Positions 24,384 to 37,313 of a DNA stretch of 64,000 bases are shown here, piece by piece (within the stretch, counting starts at the first letter, position 1; each line of letters starts with the position of its first letter). The notes beneath the pieces were generated by a model. It had not been told where the DNA came from, made no database searches, and saw nothing but the letters and a program-made list of their open reading frames with translations. The DNA is from Botryllus schlosseri (Eukaryota), in contig CM119371.1 of assembly GCA_051294905.1 (NCBI GenBank), forward strand, positions 5,706,001 through 5,770,000, in the 5' to 3' direction. A program made the translations under genes and the position numbers.

Positions 24384-26084
24384 TTATACTACTATATAGT
24401 TATTTTAAAAAATAGTTTATGATTACAATCATTGCTACTCAGGCTTTTCCAAATTATATTAGAATCTGATTTACTGAATTCGCGAAAACGAGGAAATTGA
24501 GTCAAGTTTGGTTCGTATGAAATCAAACTCCCTTCTCATAAGCACGACAACGGCGAATATCTGTTCGGGCTGTTTTACGTGATACAGATCTCCTGTAGCA
24601 ATTTCAGGAAAATCAGAAATTAGATTAGAATTAAAATGATAGCGTAGAAACATTTCACAAATTAAAGTTGAATTAGATTACAGGCCTATCGCTGTAACTA
24701 ATGTAATTAGACAACTAGAATTGTCTAGCTGTCCAAGCCAGATCAGTAAGATTGAACTAAATCAAGTATCTGTGTGAATCGATTCTTAGCCTAATACTGA
24801 GTGTCGGGTAAACTAATCTAGTATCGGTCCCCAATAAATAGTAGTATACCGATCATACGGAGTCTGTATCAGACTTTGAAAGAAATATCGGTATCGGCCA
24901 TGAGAGGCGATACAATATCAACAATTTTTCGTGACGTCACCGCTTGGTAGTAGGGAGTTAAAAAGACTGTTAGACCGGGAATATTCATCTGTCACTCATA
25001 GACTACAGACATAGATAGTCGAAGTAGTCAACGTTGATACTCAGCTATAAGTAGAGTTTTCACTCAATTACAAGTGGCTTGGCTAGGCAGCTACTTCAGG
25101 TTCGCGGCATTATATTGGGCGTCGATTCGAGCCCTGTGGATGGCATTTTATGTTTTTTATGGATGCAGTGAAATCTTTTTTCTGCATGGAGGCCGATTAC
25201 AGAGAGTTGATCGACATGCCAGACCTTATGAATGTCGACCTGATGTATCAGAATTGTATGTGACTCCAAAATCCGATATCGGCCGATCAATCAGGTTTTT
25301 TCATATTTTCACTGTTTCAAAAACATCACAAGACTGCGCTGCAATGAAAAAATGCCCTTTTTGCCCTTTTTATTTAATTATTTAATTGAAAGTCGATATA
25401 TATATATATACCCACCTTAGCCTAGGCGAAGTGAATAAGAGGTATGCACACTGAATGAAAAGTAATGCAGAGAATATAAGACGCAAGCGACAAAACAATA
25501 CATGACAGATACTCCCAACCTTGCTAAGCTGTAGGGTTTGGTAAAATCGAGTACCTGGGTGATTTGAATCCGAATGTATTGATAGATTTCAGTATAGTAT
25601 TCGAGTACGCCGTAATATCAAGTTAATAACAGTTGTAATAACTTTAAAAGGTGACATATGTATTGTTCGTGGCCCCAAGGACAATGCCAGCTACACTACA
25701 TACACAATAATTTCGTATTTTTGAAGCATGACTCTTCTGTAGCTATTGTGCGAGTTGATCAATAAGAGAAATCTTTTTTTTGTGAATGTTGGTAATATTG
25801 TGCAACATGTCTTTAGATTCTGAGATATGGCTAACAGCGGTTCAGGATTCCAATAGCCATAGTGAAGTATTGAAACTATTTTTCGTTGTTAATATTTTAC
25901 GCTTAGTGTAGGTGACGATGCCTGATAATCACGTTATGAATTGGGAAACGTATGATGTATGACTTCAAATTTCAAGAATCCTAATAATTCACACTCTAAC
26001 TATTAATATGAAGTTTTACCAACTTATCACAAAGCATGATGCTATTCTCGACTAGTAACAATTCATTCTTGTTTTATTTTACAG

Positions 26085-26245
26085 GTGCTGCTAATACAGA
26101 GACGCAGTTCACGCAGACACTAGTTTGTGACAAAGCCAGAGGCGGCTCTCATAATGCAATAACATATGGCAGAATCGGATGCTCAGCTTCAGATATTGAT
26201 CGATACCAATCTAACGCAGTAGTCTGCTATCATCTATCAACATGG
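26085..26245 (+). pseudogene. PLK1: PLK1-like exon E7 (linker before polo box)
   Basis: MAESDAQLQILIDTN; AG/GT bounded; nucleotide paralogs at 61935-62091 and 60550-60686; positioned between E6 and E8. Confidence 0.6.
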
Positions 26246-27092
26246 GTGAATCTTTGTGTAGTCTATGATGTTTTCATTACGGATAGACTTCCTCTTTGAA
26301 GCGACAGGGTATTTCCATTAATCCGAGATTTGATATCTTGAAATCCGAATCTGATATTGGCCCAAATCAATTCATGAGTGACGCGACAACTCTGAAGCAG
26401 ACTTGGACAACTTGAAAATTCCCACATTTTCGGAATTATATTAGAATTAGAATTGTAGCTAAACTTTTTTTTAATTAGACTGGAATTAGAATGACATCTG
26501 CATAGATTTTTTTCAAACTTGATAAAAATCAGTGAAATCAGTATTGTAAGAGCTACACAGTTTTTCTCCAAATTAGATTATAATTAGAATTACTGGAATT
26601 GCAAAAACTTGGACATTGAATCAAGCTCATTTCGTATCAAATCATAGTTCGTTTTTATAGGTATGAAAATGGGAAATCTCGGTGCCAGCTAAACTCGCTT
26701 CGCACGATACAGGTCTCCTGTAGTATTTTCAAGAAATCCGACAATTTGATTACAATGAGAGCATAGAAACATGTCACAAATTACATTAGAATTTTCTAGT
26801 TACCCAAATATGTTCCGATTAAAATATCAGAAATTTCCTGTTCCAATCCACTTTGCAAAATGGCATTGATGCAATTCTGGCCGATAACTCGAAATCCAAA
26901 ATTATTCTAAACCAGTGCTCATCTTAAAATTCACAAGGAAATGTTTACATTCAAAGTTATTGCGAATTCCGTGTCCATTTCGTGTTAAGCAGATACATCA
27001 CAACTGTTGCTGGTGTGTGACTTCACCTAAAAGATTCTTAGCCCTGGCCGACTTGTAAATTTCCGTGTTTCAAAACTCTTTTTAAATCAACT

Positions 27093-27155
27093 GATGAGGC
27101 AAAAGACCCCTGCCGATTAGCAAATGGATGGATTTAACGGATAAAGCAGGATTTG
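27093..27155 (+). pseudogene. PLK1: PLK1-like exon E8 (polo box 1 start)
   Basis: DEAKDP(deletion)ISKWMDLTDKAGFG vs EEAEDP...WVSKWVDYSDKYGLG. Confidence 0.75.
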
Positions 27156-27906
27156 GTCTGGAAATCTTGGTATCAGATTTGTAAAAATTACAGGATTTTT
27201 AAATTAGAGCTAGAACTACACACTTTCCAAACTTGCAACTAGAACTAGAACTACATCTGAAACTGCTCACTTCAAAATCTGAAGCTAGAACTTACTTTCC
27301 AAAATCTTCATCTACAACTAGAATAACTCATTTTTTAAAGCTAAACTAGAAATAGAGCTGCTCACTTTTCAAATCTGCAACTGCATTGCTGACTTTACAA
27401 AACTTGCAACTAGAACAGCGGTTTTTACAACACAGAAGCATCCTCCGAAGAGCGTCTGTTTCTGCTTCAGGTCTGTTTAAGAAATTAGGGGTTCGATGAA
27501 AGTTTGTCATATTCTTCCCGCAAGACATTTATAGATATTGTCGAATTGAACGTACATCGAATTATTCACCTGACTCTAATATTGAGACGTAGTGGCAGTT
27601 ATAGTGTGATAATGTAGCCTACAAGTCGAAAATGGGAGTGGGAGTAGCTCACTGTTGCCGCAACTAGAACTAGTCACTTTTCAAAACTAGCAACTATAAC
27701 TGGAACTACTCGCTTTTCAATACTCGCAACTACAACTAAACCTAGTCTCTCTTTAAATCTCGCAATAACAACTAGAAAGCCGAAACTCAGAATTGCAGCA
27801 GTTAGTTTACCGCTAACTAACTGGTAGTTTGTACAAGTCTGCTTCAAACGTTTGTTTGTGCTCCAAAATATTGTTTGAATTTTGATAGATTCACTTCATA
27901 TTTCAG

Positions 27907-28023
27907 GCTACCCACGATGTGAGATCGGCGACGAAGCACTTTTCAACGATAGCACGCGAATGCTTCTGTGCGCCAACAGAGACGTGACAGAGTCCTACTA
28001 CACACTCCAGTTGGTTGTGTTTT
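27907..28023 (+). pseudogene. PLK1: PLK1-like exon E9 (polo box 1) fused to an E4-type 3' end
   Basis: GYPRCEIGDEALFNDSTRMLLCAN vs [21 protein letters not shown]; ends GGTTGTGTTTT|GTGAGTATATA like E4. Confidence 0.8.
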
Positions 28024-28539
28024 GTGAGTATATACAACTACATTTATCTGGGACTTTAATGAATAGGTAGGTCTGAATAAAATCAAGTATTATGATTCGT
28101 TCCGAGCATCGCTCAATAGGAAATATGTGGAAAGTTCAAATACGTACCTTTTACTCCAGCACAAAGCATATTATGACAGTTCTGCTTGAGTTCAAGGATG
28201 ATTTGGTATTTTTCAAGTTTACCACTTTGTCACAACGCTATGTATTGTTCACGACTTCACAGATATCACATTTCCATTAAAGTGCGTATCTTGGTACTGC
28301 ATGTTTCATATGATGCGACACGGCCAATCGATGTTTCATGGCTATAATTCTCGTTGATAGATTTCCTCTTAGTGGCAAGGATCGTATCATTTTAAAACTA
28401 AAAAATTCATATCTTAATTCTCGACTCTAATCAATAGAATTGATACTCAACTCAGATTCCAATATCCGAATCACTATGCCCAGTCCTAGCCAGAAGCTTC
28501 CCACTTGATAACTTGGTGCATATTTTTTCTATACCCTAG

Positions 28540-28570
28540 GTATACATGGTTAGTCGGTAAGGAACCATAC
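28540..28570 (+). pseudogene. PLK1: PLK1-like exon E5, 5' fragment
   Basis: CCCTAG|G-YTWLVGKEPY. Confidence 0.65.
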
Positions 28571-28711
28571 TGGTTTTCCAAAATGTGCAACGACAACTAG
28601 AACTACTTTCTTTTCCAAGTCCACAATTAGATATAGAACTAGTGAGAGAAAGACGTAGTTAGTTGCTCTTCATTGAACTAGATTGGTAATTTGTACTAGT
28701 CTCAATTTCAG

Positions 28712-28849
28712 ACAATGATCAGCAGAAAGACAAAATGTATCGAGAGATTATCTCCATCACAGTTTGAATCGTAAGCAAGTCATTGGATTTCACGGACTCT
28801 TCCAAGACAAGGATTTTGTCTACATCGTTCTCGAGTTGTGCAAAAGAAA
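28712..28849 (+). pseudogene. PLK1: PLK1-like exon E2
   Basis: QQKDKMYREI(fs)[35 protein letters not shown]. Confidence 0.88.
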
Positions 28850-28880
28850 GTAAAACATTTTCTCGTTGCAACTGTGTATC

Positions 28881-29464
28881 CAGGGTTGCAATGACTTGTG
28901 TCATGACTCGACTAGACTCATGATTTTTGCTGACTTGACTTGACTCGAGTCATTTATTCAAATGCGTAAAATTACTTGACTTGACTCGAGTCAATTTGTC
29001 TTCTGACTCAACTTGTACTGGAGTCATTTTGCATGACTCGAACCAAGTCATATGACTTAATACTAGGACGGCCAAGACAGACATTTTTATAACTTTGAAG
29101 ACTAGTAAAGTCACCACATTGTTGGCGTTTCGTCTATCAGTCCTGATACTTGGAAAATACGGCTAGAAACTGTTAAGAATGAGGAAAATAACGATATTAT
29201 GAATGCGAGCCATTCTATATCACGCGAGCAGAGTTGAACAAAGTGGGTTGAACCGGATTGAACTCAAAACTGAATAGTGAATATAATGATTTGGACTGGG
29301 ACTCGAGTCATAACACTCTGACTCGGACTCCAGCGTCTACTCACTGACCTGGACTCGGGCTTGACTCGGTGATGATTTGAAAATGACTGGACTTACCTCG
29401 AGTCAAAACTAGAAAAGTGAGATCGACATGCGACTTGGAACCTTGTGACTTGGTTACAACCCCG
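28881..29464. mobile_element. GACTC-family MITE (TIR CAGGGTTGYAA)
   Basis: Termini CAGGGTTGCAA / TTACAACCCCG; GACTCGAGTC arrays; inverted relative of 53313-53873. Confidence 0.75.
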
Positions 29465-30012
29465 GTAATGTCTTTATGAGGCGATCACAATTGCATCAGC
29501 TCTGTAATGTTCATTACTAGCAGACTTGGACAAATAGGTAATTCCTATCTAATTTGCCTAATTAGAGCCAAATTCTGGTAATGTAGTTTTAATGCGATTT
29601 GTCAATGCTTTTACATCCACATTTTAATTCTAATTGCTGGTGTTCCTAAAAATGCTACAGGAGAACTGTATCATACGAAACGAGCCAAGCTTAGTGTGCT
29701 GACATCTGCTATTCTTGTGGGTATCTAAATAAACCCGGAATTGATATGAAGTGAGCATGATTTCTGTACTATTTATTTGATGAATTGAGTAATTGACATT
29801 CCCACTAATTTAAAAACACCTGTGTTGCTATCATTGTAATTCTGGTCGAATTGGAAAAAATGTTTATCCATAATGTTATGATTCACTCCAAATGAAGACC
29901 CATGTTTTCTAGTTGATCGGCAACTGAAATTATTTTAAATTCACAATTGAACTAGAACCACTCGCTTTTCAAAATCCGCAAGTGAAACTAGCACCCGGTA
30001 TCTGAATTCCAG

Positions 30013-30161
30013 GCATTGTTCGCGGATGATCGCCAGAAAGACAGAATGTGTCGGGAGATCATGTCCATCGCAATTTGAATCACAAACACATCGTTGGATT
30101 TCGCGGATTCTTCCAAGACGAGGATTTTGTCGACATCGTTCTTGAGTTGTGCAAAAGAAGG
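30013..30161 (+). pseudogene. PLK1: PLK1-like exon E2 (donor mutated)
   Basis: [10 protein letters not shown](fs)[33 protein letters not shown]. Confidence 0.9.
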
Positions 30162-31164
30162 GAAAAAGCATTTCCTCGTTACCAGTGTAATGTTTCTGTT
30201 ACTGTGCCTCAAATGCATCAACTCTCTAACGTTTATTGCTAACAGACTTGCAAAACCAATTGATATCAAGTAAACTGCTTTTTGGTTCATTTCATTTGTG
30301 GATTTCGTAATTCTAGTCTAATTTGTAAAAGGAAATTATGTAGCTGTAACTCTAATTTCAATGACATTTGGAAAGAGACAGTAGCTTTAATTCCGTAGAT
30401 ATAATTTTAATTCTAGTCTAGCTTTAAAAAGTTGAAAATTTAGTTACACATCTTTTAACACTAGGGGGAGGGTCAGAATGATTCGAGTACTCGATCTAAA
30501 TTGAATAGTTATTCTAATGATCAGAGTCGAGTACTGAAATAATATGCTCCTTGTCACAAGAGGGAAAATTATTAACAATATACTGAACTAAGCTGAAGTG
30601 AGGGTGGATTTGTCAATGAGAAGTATGGCATCGATAGTATTTTCCACTGCGGAAAGCTGTGAACCTCAATAGGTCGTAACAGAGCATACGAAACATGGAG
30701 TACAAAGCTAAGCTAGTTACTGGAAATCACATATCTTTAAAGTCGTGATCAACTCACAACATTGTCACATGGTGCAATGAAATAGGTATGCTTGACAGAA
30801 TTTACAAATTATCTTAGTGTGATGTAAGACTGCCATTATTTTCTTTATAGTAGAGTAAAATTTAGTCTACATATTTGAACTTTCCGCATCATTCACACTG
30901 GTATGGCGTCATAATTAGTGACACTGGAATACTCGACTCCAAGCCTAATATATGATTAAAAATCAATTTACACAAGGACTCGATTTCACCTATCCCTACA
31001 TATAACAAGTCAAATACCAATAAGTTCATCGGTTCAAAAAGTTTGTTGTCAAATTTTACCAGCCCGCTATCACTAGGTTGAGAACCACTGATTTAGATGG
31101 TCCCAACAAATAACATTGTGGATTTCATCCTATCAATCCAATTACCTTTAATATGTGTTTTCAG

Positions 31165-31289
31165 TCGCTGATGTAAGTTTACAAAAGAAGACGCGCCATC
31201 ACAGAAGCAGAGACTCGTTATTGCATGCGACAGATTTGGATTGGCGTCGTTATCTTCACGATTGTTAGATCGTTCACAGAGATATCGAA
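31165..31289 (+). pseudogene. PLK1: PLK1-like exon E3, copy 5
   Basis: SLM*VYKRRRAITEAETRYCMRQIWIG(fs)YLHDC*IVHRDIE. Confidence 0.85.
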
Positions 31290-32012
31290 GTAATAATTGT
31301 TGTGTAGTTGTGTAATAAAACTAATTAGAGTGAATGTCTGTAATCTAATTCCAATCTAATTTGTCAAACGTTTCTCTGTTCTCATTTTAATTGTAATCTA
31401 ATTTCTGGTTTTCCTGAAATTGCTACAGTTGAACTGTATCACTGTATCGTACGAAACCAACCAAGCTCGATGTACAGTCATTTTGCATTCTTGTGCTGAT
31501 GAGAACGAACTCTGATTTGATATGAACTGAACTTGGTTTGATGTGCAAGGTTTTGTGAGCTCAGTAATTCTAATTGTAATCTAATGAGCAGCCATCATTC
31601 TAATAACTGCCTAATTTGGAGTAAACTGTTTTGCTTTTATACTGATTCTAGTCCAAGTCGAAACAAAAATTGTGTAGCCATCATTCTCATTTTCATATAA
31701 TTTAAAGATTACTGTGTTGCTATCATTATAATTGTACTCTAATATGGAAAATACTTTGTACATGTACTGTAATTCTAATCCTGATATAACTTCATAAAGC
31801 TGGAAATTTTCTAGGGATCCAAGTCTCCAAATCTGCTTATCCTGATCCTTGAATCTCATCGTATCCAAACACGCAATAACTTTACGATATCAAATCCAAA
31901 TCTAGATTCGTATTATAGTTTTAATTCCACAAATCTTGATTCCCAAATATATATGGCAATATACACGAGTTAGTATGTGCGATTTTATTTTTATCTGTGA
32001 TTTCCTCACTAG

Positions 32013-32197
32013 AATGTTGGCGAGTGACCCGTCTCATCGAGCCTCTTTGAAAGAAGTGCTTGCCAACGAGTTCTTCAGCGGCTACGTTCCACAAAACCTG
32101 TTCACAGCCGGATTGAGCTGACGTCCAGGTTTCATTTCACGGACTCTTCCCAGACAAGGATTTTGTCGACATCGTTCTCGAGTTGGGCAAAGGAAAG
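32013..32197 (+). pseudogene. PLK1: Chimeric PLK1-like exon E6/E2
   Basis: MLASDPSHRASLKEVLANEFFSGYVPQNL... joined at about 32134 to [24 protein letters not shown]. Confidence 0.85.
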
Positions 32198-33362
32198 GTG
32201 AGATCTTTACTATGTTGTTGGGATCTCAAACAGTAGTGGTGGCAATAGCATTAGCTCAGTAACGTTCATTACTAGCAGAGTTGAACCACTCGATAGTTCA
32301 TGTTGTCTAATTGAGCAAAACGCCTGTATTCTAACTCTAATCTACATTTTGAATACTGCTGTTACCATCGCGTTTCAATTCCATTATAATTACTGGTTTC
32401 CTGATATGCCACAAGAGATCTTTATCATGCGAAACGAGCAAAGCTTGGTGTCCAGACATCTCCCATTATTGTGCCGATGAAAAGCAGCTCTCATGTGATA
32501 AGAAGTTGACTTGATTTTTATTTTATTTCATTTACCGAACCAAGTAATTCTAATCTAATTGAGAAAAATGTGTTGCTGTAATTCTAATCTGGTTTGGAAA
32601 ATATCAACATTTTTTAGTGACACAACTATGATAACTAGGTGTGGGCGCCATGATTTGAGCACTGGAATCGTAACCAAAGTATTTATTCTAATAATTCGAA
32701 ATTAGTAGGCCATGTGAGAGATGATGATTTTTGAGTACTGAAATAATACGCTCCTTGCCACAAGAGCATAAAATATTTAACAATAACTTGAAGTGAAGTG
32801 AAGGTTAATCTACCAATGGAGATTATACCCATGAACGTATTTCTCACCGTAGAAAGCTGTAAACCACGATTAGACGTATCGCATCACACCTACCATGTAG
32901 TACAAAGCTTTACACAATACTGGAAATGACATTTCTTGGAAGTTGTGATCAACCCACGGCATTATCGCAAAGTGCAAGAAATAGGTTTGCTAGAAAAATA
33001 CCAAATCATCTTTAATGTGATGTACAACTGGTATGTTATTCCTCATGGTCACATAAAACGTCCATATTTGAACTTTCCGCATCATCCATTCTGGTGTGAT
33101 TTCATAATGAGTGATAAGCAAATATTCGACTAGAAGCCTAATACTCGATTTAGACTCAAATCACTCAGTTACTAGATTTTGCACAGCACTGCGTATGTTA
33201 CGTATAATATCGAAAAGGCAGCATTAAAGAAAGTTTCTAATTCGAAAGGTTCGTTGGTACTAAAAATTTGCTACGAAAAAAGGTTGGGAACCAATAATTT
33301 ACATGTATATAATATTCTTGTTTTGATTCTATCAATCCTATCAACTTATCATTTGTTTTCAG

Positions 33363-33487
33363 TTGCTGATGGAGATTTACAAAGAAGATGTGTCATCGCA
33401 GAACCAGTGACACATTACTAAATGCAACAGATTCTGCTTGGAGTTTTTCATCTTCACGATTGTAGGATCGTTCACACAGATATTCAG
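33363..33487 (+). pseudogene. PLK1: PLK1-like exon E3, copy 6
   Basis: LLMEIYK(fs)RRCVIAEPVTHY(fs)MQQILLGVFHLHDCRIVHTDIQ|GT. Confidence 0.85.
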
Positions 33488-34059
33488 GTAACATTGCTGG
33501 CAGTAGTGGCAGACTTGTACAAACTACTGGATTTTCAAAAGACACTACTTGGTTTCAAAATTATCAACTAGAGTTAATGACCATTGAGATTCTGCAACGA
33601 ATGAATACCTGATGACACAAATTACTAATTAAAATTGAGCTAGTAAACATCGGGGATAGAATCACTGAATCAGTATATCAAATGGACGGAGTTTTATTTA
33701 GGAATGACAGGCGTGTCAACCCCCAAGACCCACTTTCCTGGCTACGTCACTGTTTGTAGTTATGACTGTGATGTAGCAATGGCTGCAAGAACGTCAAACA
33801 ACAGAACATTGGTATCACGATTCTCGTGAAACGACGGCGCATGTTTTCTAGCTGTTCGGCAATTGTTTTGGAAACGCATAACTAGAACTATGTACTTTTC
33901 ATAACTACAACTAGAAGCACTCACGCTTCAAATCTGCAACTACAACTAAAACTAGAACTACTCAAAAAAACTTTACTCAATTGGCCATCAATCAGCCAGA
34001 TTAATAGTTTGTACAAGTTTGTAAACTTGTGTATCTGAATGTGAGATTTGTATTGACAG

Positions 34060-34245
34060 CTGGAGAACCTATCCCTGAACAATATGGGCGTGAAGATTGG
34101 ATATTTAAGCCTAGCTACCAGATTCGACTTTGATGGCCAAACAAGTAGCACATCTTGCGGCACATCCAACTGCATTGCCCCAGAAGTTCTCGACAAGAAT
34201 GTACATAGTTTCAAAGTGGACACCCGATCTCTGGGTTGTGTGTTT
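34060..34245 (+). pseudogene. PLK1: PLK1-like exon E4
   Basis: [61 protein letters not shown]; open frame, DFG lost. Confidence 0.88.
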
Positions 34246-34450
34246 GTGAGTATCACTCAACATTGATAAGGGACTTTCATGAAATGGGGTCGGAAGGGTC
34301 TTATATCTTAGTCAGCGGGGCCGGGAGAAGTCGAGTACATGATTGATTCCAGTTGAGTAATCCACTTCCACTCATTTTGGCGTGACAATATTATGAAGGG
34401 TGCGGAAAGTTCAAGCATGTACCTTTTATGTGACCACAAGGAATATAAGG

Positions 34451-34983
34451 TAGGCTTACCATACGTCCTCTTTTAAGAGGATTTGTCCTCTTTTTTGACT
34501 TTTTTGAAAGTGTCCTCGTAGGACGCCCTTTTGTCCTCTTTTTTGAAAATTTAGGAAGATTTAGAGCAAATTGCGAGTGATATGCCGCATATTTGCACAG
34601 AAGTGAAGCTCTGGCGGGTCTTTCGGAGTGAAAAACGGTGATTTTAGCACTGAGCGAAAAGATGACCCTTTTTTTTTTTTTTATTTTTTTTTTTTAGTCA
34701 TCAACTTGGCAATGTGGAATGAAAAACGGTATTTTGAGCTCCGAGCGGAAGTGATGACCTTTTTTTTTTTTTTTTTTAGTCGTCCACCTGGCAATGCGGA
34801 GTAAAAAACGTTATTTTGAGCTCTGAGCAGAAGTGATGACCTTTTTTTTTTTTTTTTTTTTTAGTCAACCGAGCACAAAGTGGGAAAAATTAACCGGATT
34901 TTGAGAATTCTACTCCGGTTTTGCAAGTTGCAAATTTCTGAAAAAGTGTCCTCTTTTTTGATTTCCAAAATATGGTAAGCCTA
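34451..34983. mobile_element. hAT (Blackjack-like) MITE, recent-looking
   Basis: Perfect TIR TAGGCTTACCATA, perfect TSD ATATAAGG, GTCCTC subterminal repeats, internal ~80-bp poly-T units; closely similar inverted copy at 42106-42532. Confidence 0.9.
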
Positions 34984-35412
34984 ATATAAGGCCAGTTCCA
35001 CATTACATTATAACATAATTCGATATTTTTGTCAACCTAACCTACCATATTTCATTGCACTTTCTGACTCTCCGACATCGGTAGATCGTGACCTCATAGA
35101 AATGTCATTTCCAGTAACACTGCGTAGCTTTGTACTACATGTTGCGTATGTTGCGATACGACTAATCGAGGGTTACAGCCTTCCATTTGAAAAATAGTAT
35201 TAAAAGTAAAATTATCATTGATAAATCAACTCTTATTGGCAAGAATTGTATCGTTTCAGTACTACAGAAAATCATCGCTGACTACTCGACTCGAATCATT
35301 CGATTTAATACTCGAATCATTGTGCCGGCCCTTTAGATAACGTCTGGTATCAAGCTATCTGAGCAACAAACATCTAAATTGGTAACCTGATGTATGTTTT
35401 TCCATATCGTAG

Positions 35413-35530
35413 GTAGAGCCTACATTATTTGTCGGTAACCACCGTTCGATGGTCAGATGTTGCACGAAACCTTATCGGAAATGGAGAAGAATGAATACAT
35501 GATTCCACCCTCTTGCGATCTAATCAGACG
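35413..35530 (+). pseudogene. PLK1: PLK1-like exon E5
   Basis: TLFVG(fs)PPFDGQMLHETLSEMEKNEYMIPPSCDLIR|GTATG vs [30 protein letters not shown]. Confidence 0.8.
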
Positions 35531-35915
35531 GTATGTTATTTCTGAGACTTGCAATCGACATTTTTGCATGTTTTCTCATGCGTGCTCAGAGGTTGTCAAA
35601 GTAGTCATTGTTGGTACTCAAGTGGAAGTGGAAACAACGTTGTCAATTTTTACTCTAGTTCAAATACAAATAGTGATCTCCAAGTAAGAAAAATAATGAA
35701 TATTCTGGCCTTGGTTTGCCTGGAAACTGAAAACTATTGCGTAGAAGTACCGTAGTCTATGCTCTGACTTAGCTATTGACCACCTCTAGTCCGATCAATG
35801 GCAACTTTTTCAGGTGACGTAACCTGATTTGAGTGTCCTTTGTGTGACTTGAATTGAGTTTTAAAAACTAAGTGATTTGGCATCACTTGACTCGAGTTGC
35901 ATTTGAAACCTAATG

Positions 35916-36560
35916 CAGTGGTTCTCAACCTTTTTGGCTTCGCGGACCCCTTTTGACCGTCACGGACCCTCGCGGACCCCCTCAAGTTTTAGTTCAATTT
36001 TATCTCTATTATCGTCCAACCTTCATATCTGTATTGTGAAATATGAACTGTAGGCTTGTGATAAACAGCAAAATAATGATCTTTCTTGAAAATAACATCA
36101 TAATATTTATGTAGATATTGGTAGACTTTTATTTTTTCAAAGATAATTTTGCTGCTGTATTTCCTGAAGTACGTGGTCGTGTCTTGAGAATCCGCGTCTT
36201 CGTTTTGATATGAACGAGTGGTGACGAAAACCACTTCCGCCAAGATAGATGGAGGCTAATGCAATATTAGCGCATACGCTTCCGACGATAGTTTTGGTGT
36301 GATCGTAACATTTATGGCGCCAAAATGAAGAAACATATATTTTTTGAACATATCACATCCAGCATCTAGCGCAGCGAGGGGCAACATACGGACCGCAGGC
36401 CGGATTGGGCCCGCGACGTCATTTTGATCGGCCAGCAGAGAGTTTCTGCCGTCAAAGTGGACTCCTAATCTAAAAGTATAGACAAATTCTATGCGCCAAA
36501 TAATGGATCCAAGTTTTCCAACCTGAGAAAGACTGTCATGCAACGACTTGAGAACCGCTG
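35916..36560. mobile_element. hAT-Charlie-like MITE inside a GACTC MITE
   Basis: TIR CAGTGGTTCTCAA / TTGAGAACCGCTG; perfect TSD ACCTAATG; relative at about 3881-4650. Confidence 0.88.
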
Positions 36561-37313
36561 ACCTAATGACTTGACTTCACTCGGGTCGAAATGTGTAATA
36601 ACCTAATGTTTCCTCTAAGGTAGTGTCATGACTTGACTCTACCTTAGAAAATCGAGTGACTCAACTTGACATTGATTTGAATCGCCTCCAAAAATGGAGT
36701 AACTGGGCTTGAATCCACTCAAAATATGTAATGAGTTGATGTTACTTGTGACTTGAAGTTAGTGACTAGACTAGACTCAAGTCACTCTTGGAAGCAGACT
36801 GTCTTGACTCGAGTAACCTACAAATTTTTTATAATGCGACTCGAGTCAATTAAAATGGAGTGATTTGCCTTGAATCGAGTACCTTTTAAAAATCAAGTAA
36901 AGTGACTGGATTTAAAAAAATATAGTGACTTGAACTCAAATCAACAGGGATAATGACTTAATGACTCGAAATTGCGAGATTCATCTTCTCGACTAACACA
37001 AATGACTGATGACATTACCGCCATTACCGGTCGATGCAATTTACGGAGATATGTTCACTTACCATGCTACATGGGACACTTTGTCTTAATTGTTGTGACA
37101 ATATCAATCATAATAGTGATCGGAAAATATCCCAGAATTACTTTATATTTTACGAAATCCAACGTAATAAAAATTAAGTAGCCAATTGGTTAAAACACTG
37201 TTGGATAAAAGTGGGAGGAGTACTTCTGCGTGTAACCGAGTATAAATTAGTGTCGTTACTTCTACTTGTGCATGAGTATGTTGAGTAATTCAATATATTT
37301 TTCTATCGTGCAG

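Noticed and set aside
20950..28023. Functional PLK gene from the most complete collinear copy (E3-E9)
   Set aside because: Frameshift and stop in E4, truncated E5, stop in E7, deletion in E8
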